From Chiloscyllium plagiosum (taxonomy: Eukaryota): a stretch of 57,697 nucleotides of DNA. Position 1 is the first letter of the stretch. The number at the start of each line of letters is the position of its first letter. The notes under the pieces are model-generated. The model did no database searches. It was not told where the DNA came from and saw only the letters and a list, made by a program, of their open reading frames with translations. Positions 51,855 through 57,697 of this stretch are shown here, piece by piece. The stretch is from positions 41,261,821-41,319,517 of the forward strand of contig NC_057728.1 of assembly GCF_004010195.1 (NCBI RefSeq), given 5' to 3'. Position numbers and translations under genes: made by a program.

Positions 51855-53475
51855 CTCCTGTTCCCTGGATGCTGCCTGACCTGCTGTGCTGTTCCAGCAA
51901 TAAAGTTTCAACTAACATCTGCATTGTTAATGCAGTAATGACAATATATTTGTTTAATGTAAAGAGTTTATATTGTGTTTGCCACAGTCTTCATGTTCTG
52001 TGATCTCCCTACTTTCAAGATCTTCTTTCATCACCTCCATTTGCTCCTGAATTCCTACTGACCTTCCTCCAGCTCCTTTCACCCATACCTTCCTCCAGCA
52101 ACCGTTCTGTTTAAAGTAAGCTTTGTCTCTTTCTCTAAAGCCTGTCATTCTGAGCTTGCACTGATGTCCTAGCCTCAACCTCGTGCATTGCTCTTCCTCC
52201 ACCAGCCGGTTTCCACCACTAGATGGAGTCTAGTCCTTTTAAACACGATCAACTAAGTATTTTTAAAGTCACTTTGTTTATGAATAAGCATTTAAGAATG
52301 TACACCATTTTCAACTTGATGTTTTTAAGTTGATTTCTACTGAGGTCCCAAAATTTAGTGTTTGTTTTATATAAAATTTTATTTTATTTTGCATGTTATT
52401 TCAGCTAGAAATATATAGCACTGTGTACATAAAGAAGTATATGCTAACCTTTTATTGTTTATTTGCAAGCAAGAAATGTCTGAAGGAACCTAACACAAGT
52501 CAACATTGATTTCTCTGGGAAGCTATGATTCACTTAAAGGTGCAATTTTTATGAATGCAACCACAACTTTAAGTGAAGACATATTGCATGCTATAATTTG
52601 AGGACTATTAGTTTTGATTAAATAAAGGATGGCTTAATACAGTAAGCTCAAGTTTTCTATCTGTGAACGTGACAAAGCAATTGTTAAATTGGATGATATT
52701 TCCTTAATCTGCATTTTGCCAGTATGGTTACATTTTTTTGTGGCTGTATGTAATGTTGAACTGTAACTTAGCCTCGGCCGCAACATTTTGCTGGAGTGGA
52801 AGTGGTACATTAATTTCAAAAGACACAATCTTTCACTCCTCATTCCAATTTGCAGGAATACCAACGTAAAGGGAAAATAATATTTATTCTCTGAGTGGAG
52901 AATGTTGATTGGTTGACAAGTGAACTCATTGGTGGAGGCATTAGCATGAAGAATGCACATTTCGATGTTAATTAACTGTTAACTGCCAAGCTTTCTTTAA
53001 GTTTTAAACCAGGCAGGTTGACTCTGGTCAAGGCATTGTGCAGAGAAATGAACTAGAGCATGGCTGTCACCATTTTGCGAGATGGAAAAAACTCTGTGTA
53101 TATCCTTTCTACAAAGAACAGGCCCCTATGTGTTTATATATAGCTTCATATATGCACAAGTATGCTACACTGAGAGCCTATCATAAATCTTTTGTCAGCT
53201 TAATTATTTGCATACTTGTGATTATTTAACAATTGTTGCCCTAATGTTTGGCATTGTGTTGCAAGTGCAGGCTGATTGGATACAGTTATTAACTTGCTCA
53301 TTGTGAACAACTGAAAAGACATAGGGTTTGGTATGGTCCACCGATCTTAGGGATGTACGGCTTTTGTAACTTACATCTCACTAGCACTGAATTTGATAAA
53401 CTACTTTACTCATTTTTATGTATCGGCAGAATATGGGTTTGGCTCCATGACAGCATCCTGTCAGCCAGCATTTCT

Positions 53476-53752
53476 GTGGTTAGCATTGCTGCCTCACAGC
53501 ACCAGGGTCCCAGGTTCGATTCCAGCCTCGGCTGACTGTCTGTGTGGAGTTTTCACATTCTCCCCGTGTCTGTGTGCGTTTCCTCTGGGTGCTCCGGTTT
53601 CCTCCCACAGTCCAAAGATGTGCAGGTCAGGTGGATTGGCCATTCTAAATTGCCCATAGTGTTAGGTGCATTAGTCAGAGGGGAATGGTTCTGGGTGGGT
53701 TACTCTTCGGAGGGTCGAAGGGCCTGTTTCCACACTGTAGGGAATCTAATCT
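53476..53752 (+). mobile_element. HE1-type V-SINE
   Basis: gtggttagcattgctgcctcacagc; V domain; aatctaatct tail. Confidence 0.9.
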
Positions 53753-54132
53753 ATTACTATTGCCTAGTAGCAGCATGAAACACCTAGCTTCACCAGTTGC
53801 TCAAATATTTTGAGATAACCCCCTTCCAGGATCATCTGAAATAGATTAGCACTTACATGTCGATAGCAATGTGCTGTCAATGTGCTCATTTGACTGCTAG
53901 CCTATTAATCAATCATTCATTGCAATTGTGGCAATCTATGATCAGAATCTGTGAATCAGAATTTGTTGAACTTATGAACTCATGTAGTTGAGTTCAATTT
54001 TAACAAAGGCCAAATGATGTTGCAGTGAGATTCCCACTGGCTCCAGCTCTCTCAAACATCTTGATTTCAATTTATTCAATTTTAATTTGCGATATCCTGC
54101 AAAAAAAAACTCTTCTTTGGAAAGATATCCAA

Positions 54133-54345
54133 CCTTGTGTATTTCAAAGATGTGGATGATAGGTTTGCTATACTTAAATTCACAGCTGCATTTAAAAATG
54201 TTCTTACGCACCCTAATGGGCTTTATTCTGTGCCCACCTTTGAAATAGAACAGTCAAATGAGCTCCCTTTCTCAATGATTTTTGAGAAATTGGTCAGGAA
54301 TTATCATGTGTTGGATTCCTGTGATTCCACATATTATAAGGTTGG
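54133..54345 (+). mobile_element. Ancient Penelope-like RT fragment
   Basis: YFKDVDDRFAIL...TFEIEQSNELPF resembles PLE YxRYVDD...FTxExE...LPFLD. Confidence 0.65.
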
Positions 54346-55173
54346 CCTAATTGACAATGATTTGTCCAACATGAAGGATTGATACTGAATTAGGTCACAT
54401 CAAACTCTTGTCGAATAGTGACAACTCTGATGAGATCATTTCTCACTTTTACCTTTCAATAAGTGAGTGGGATTTAGGCTGTCTCATTTGGTCCTGAAAA
54501 GTTCCCAGTTTAGCTCAAAAGAGGAAAGTATCTGAAATATTCTAGCTGTTTTACACTACTGCTATGCAGTAGCAATACAACTGGTTATGCAACACATGAT
54601 TCTGCCTACCTTTCACACGAGTAATGTGGCATTCAAATTTTATTGCTGGTATGATTTAAGATTGTCAGTCAGGTTCACTGTGATGTACTTGTGCATCCAA
54701 ACACTAAATAAACGAATACACAGATCCTTTTTCTTTGCAGACAGAACATGAGCAGTTAACTGTCAGTTGTCATCTAACTGATTCATTTGTCATGGCAACA
54801 CCTTTACCAGAATCCACGTCTCAAATCAGCCCTCTCCTCCCGTGCAGTATCAATGTTTTCCCTTTTACAATAGTTCAGCAAAATATGTCCTTTTTTTCAA
54901 CAAAACTCAAATTCCGTTCCACCAAATTACAATCCAGGGAATATTAATAATCAACTCAAGGAATTTGATATTTATTTCTTTTTGTTAATCTTCTTGGTTG
55001 TGAGACATAATCATTGAATGATCCTTCACGATAATTTTTTTCTTGACTTGCAAATTTCCTACACTTGTGTTATGTGGATGATATTGCCAATGTTTTAACT
55101 TGTTCTGAATCTTTTATCAAACCTATTGTTTCTGAAATGATTGGTTTGAATCTCTTATTGTGTCTTCGCGTAG

Positions 55174-55327
55174 GTCCTTCTGGCTATCAAGCCTCTGGCT
55201 ACAGTCTTCATGCACATGAATGGAGAAGTGCCAAACTAAGTTTCTCACCTGCCAACAGGCATCATAATAACCTGTATCATGAAGCAACATTGAGTGATGA
55301 TGAATGGGATCGACCTACCACTAGTGG
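55174..55327 (+). CDS. GRIP1: GRIP1 internal coding exon (PDZ6-PDZ7 linker)
   Basis: cgcgtAG|gt...agtGG|GTgagc; 154 nt, phase 1 to 2; PSGYQASGYSLHAHEWRSAK...LSDDEWDRPTTS(G) resembles mammalian GRIP1 QASGY...WRS...WDR as recalled; follows a 29.5-kb intron. Confidence 0.9.
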
Positions 55328-55811
55328 GTGAGCATACAGTTCATTTTTCAGTCAGATCCAAATCTTTTTGTGTTATGGTTTCATCTTTTTTGATAATTTA
55401 TGAACAACTTCAAAATGAACAGAAACAGATGGAATATGAGAATACGTATGAGAAATACCTCAGAGAATAGCTGTAGTAACTGAATTAATGACTTTCGGAT
55501 TGTGCTTTTACAATGTAAAAAAAAAATCTGATGCTTCCAGAATGTACAGAGTGGGGATATGAAGTGACCCTCCAGTCCTGGGATTTGTATCTTGATCGAG
55601 ATGGAAACCTGGCAGCTATGGGTTTTACTTCAGAATGTAGTCCCCGACTCTAGCTACACATTATCCTAGGCTTTTATCCCTATGGATCAGAATTTCAACC
55701 CTCCAGTCTTGATTCCAAGCCCATGTAATTAGGAGGTCAATAAAACCTTGCACATGGTAATTATACAGTTCTTTGTTTTAGCAGTTCACCAAATGAATTG
55801 TAGATAATGGC

Positions 55812-55880
55812 TGTGTGGTGGGTGGTGTGTGGGTGGTGTGTGTGGTGTGTGTTGGTGGGGGGGGCGGGGGGGTGGTGGTG
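55812..55880 (+). repeat. GT/G-rich simple repeat
   Basis: (gtggt/gtgt)n with G runs. Confidence 0.9.
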
Positions 55881-56104
55881 TACATTTACCTGGTATAACA
55901 CAAAGACAGTGCTTGTATTTATTTAAATATACAAAACGGTCGAAGTCACCCAGCTGACCAGTGTCTCCAACCAAGCAAAATGGATGTATAGAGGAGGCCA
56001 TTCAGCCCTAGGAATGTGCACTGGCTCATTGCAAGAGCAATTTATTTTAGCCCACTCACCCACAAACCTGTAGCACATTTTTTTTAACATCAAATGTTTA
56101 TCTT

Positions 56105-56740
56105 GTTTTCATTAGTTCATGGGATATGGTGTCACTAGTTTGTCCTGCATTCATTACCCATCACCAATCACCCTCAAATGTGGCAGTTAACTGCTCCTTG
56201 AACCACTGCAGTCCTTGGGCTGTAGGATTACCCAGAGTGCTGTTGGGAAGGTGATTTAGTACTTTGTCATTGCTTTACCATCATTGGGTCAATGGAGTTC
56301 CAAGTCAGGATATTGCGTGACTTGGAGGGGAAATATTTGCCCTTGACCTTCTAGATGATAGACCTCATGGGTGTGAAAGGTGGTAGTGAAGGAGCCTGGA
56401 TGTGATGCCACTGTGCATCCTGTGGACAGTGCATACTTCTGCCATTGCGTACTGATAGTGGAAGGAATGAAGGTGGTAGATGAGATGTCAGTCAAGTGGG
56501 TTTCTTTGTCCTGGATGTTGTGGAGCTTCTTGAGTGCTGTTAGAGCTCATCCCATCCAGGTAATCGGTAAATATTCTATCATGCTCCTGATCTGTGCCTT
56601 GTAGATGACAGCCAGCCTTTGGAAGAGAGGGGGTGTGTTACTTCCTGCAGAATTCCTACCCTCTGACCTGTTCTTGTGGCCACCGTCTTTGTGGCTGGTC
56701 TAATATAGTTTCTGGTCAGTGGCAACCTCCAAGATGTAGA
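56105..56740 (-). mobile_element. Decayed L2/Crack-like LINE 3' end nested in a minus CR1 tail
   Basis: TVATRTGQRVGIL and YKAQIRSMIEY remnants; tail shared with the SINE family at 6515 and 22530. Confidence 0.65.
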
Positions 56741-56972
56741 TTGTATGTTTATATTCAATTCCCTATTGAAAGCCATAATGTAATCTACCTCCTCCAGCTT
56801 TTTGGGTGTATACATTCTCTGCATAGGAAAAAATTCTTCATGTCACCTTTCATTCTCTTCCAACCATCTTCTAGCTTTTCCCCTCATTCCTAACCATCCC
56901 CTCTACCTTTGCCCCTTGAGATCAGCTTTCCTCGGTTGACTCTGACCTCTCCCAGTTTTGAACACAGCTATT

Positions 56973-57697
56973 TTGAACTTGCAGCGTGGGTTGGTACCCG
57001 GAATTTCGATGTTGTGGCTATTATGGAGACATGGATAGAACAGGGACAGGATTGGCTGTTGCAGGTTCCAGGGTTTAAATGTTTTAGTAGGGTCAGAGGT
57101 GGGGGTAAAAGAGGGGGAGGTGTGGCATTGCTTGTCAAAGATAGTATTACAGCGGTGGAAAGGACGATGGATGAAGACTCGCCATCTGAGGTAGTTTGGG
57201 CTGAGGTTAGGAATAGGAAAGGTGAGGTCACCCTGTTAGGAGTTTTCTACAGGGCTCCTAATAACCCCAGAGATGTAGAAGAAAGGATTGCGAGGATGAT
57301 TCAGGAGAAGAGTGAAAGTAATAGGGTGGTTGTTATGGGGGACCTTAACTTTCCAAATATTGACTGGGAAAGCTATAGCTCGAGTTCGTTAGATGGGTCG
57401 GTGTTTGTCCAATGTGTGCAGGAGGGTTTCCTGACACAATATGTAGACAGGCCAACAAGAGGTGAGGCCATACTGGATTTGGTTCTGGGTAACGAACCAG
57501 GCCAGGTGTTAGAATTAGAGGTAGGTGAGCACTTTGGGGATAGTGACCATAATTCGGTGATTTTTACACTCGTGATGGAGAGGGAAAAGTGTGTACTACA
57601 GGGCAAGAGTTAAACCTGGGGTCAGGGAAATTATGATGCGGTGAGGCATGACTTAGGATGCGTGGCTTGGAAAAGTAGGCTTCAAGAGAAGGGCGCA
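56973..57697 (+). mobile_element. Young CR1 ORF2 endonuclease domain, running off the window
   Basis: ETW, KRGGGVALLV, GVFYRAP, MGDLN, PTR...LDLV, DSDHN; single TAA at 57611-57613; CpGs retained. Confidence 0.93.

Larger units (their letters stand above)
50403..51912. mobile_element. Young Penelope-derived composite insertion with inverted arms and internal cargo
   Basis: 14-bp TSD taacatctgcattg (50389-50402, 51913-51926); 89-bp identical inverted repeats 50438-50526 / 51825-51913. Confidence 0.88.

Noticed and set aside
50403..51912. DNA transposon or MITE interpretation of the inverted arms
   Set aside because: Arms are asymmetric, TSD lengths vary among relatives (10-14 bp), and a related arm sequence flanks a Penelope RT at 26309-27624.
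56909..57613. Standalone 234-aa endonuclease gene
   Set aside because: CR1 ORF2 fragment; the N-terminus is read from unrelated flank and homology continues past the TAA.

Overview
Eukaryotic genomic DNA from a cartilaginous fish. HE1 V-SINEs, abundant CR1 LINEs and Penelope-like elements point to a shark; bamboo/carpet shark is an inference. The window lies inside the + strand gene GRIP1. Six internal coding exons (7860-7929, 14411-14556, 23750-23894, 24730-24869, 25500-25685, 55174-55327; 841 nt) have canonical AG/GT ends and matching phases, and encode the end of PDZ5, all of PDZ6 and part of the following linker. The introns hold many CR1 fragments (often nested), one apparently full-length but dead L1-clade LINE with a TSD, a solo LTR with a 4-bp TSD and several SINE families. 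The most striking pattern is a set of about nine Penelope-derived insertions whose ends carry minimal hammerhead-ribozyme motifs (CUGANGA-A-stemII-GAAA-NN-UH), usually as inverted pairs. One young copy (50403-51912) has identical 89-bp inverted arms and a 14-bp TSD and encloses about 1.3 kb of more decayed, unrelated repeat DNA, suggesting cargo capture. Repeat boundaries were read by eye and are approximate unless a TSD is quoted. There is an assembly gap at 26537-26882.
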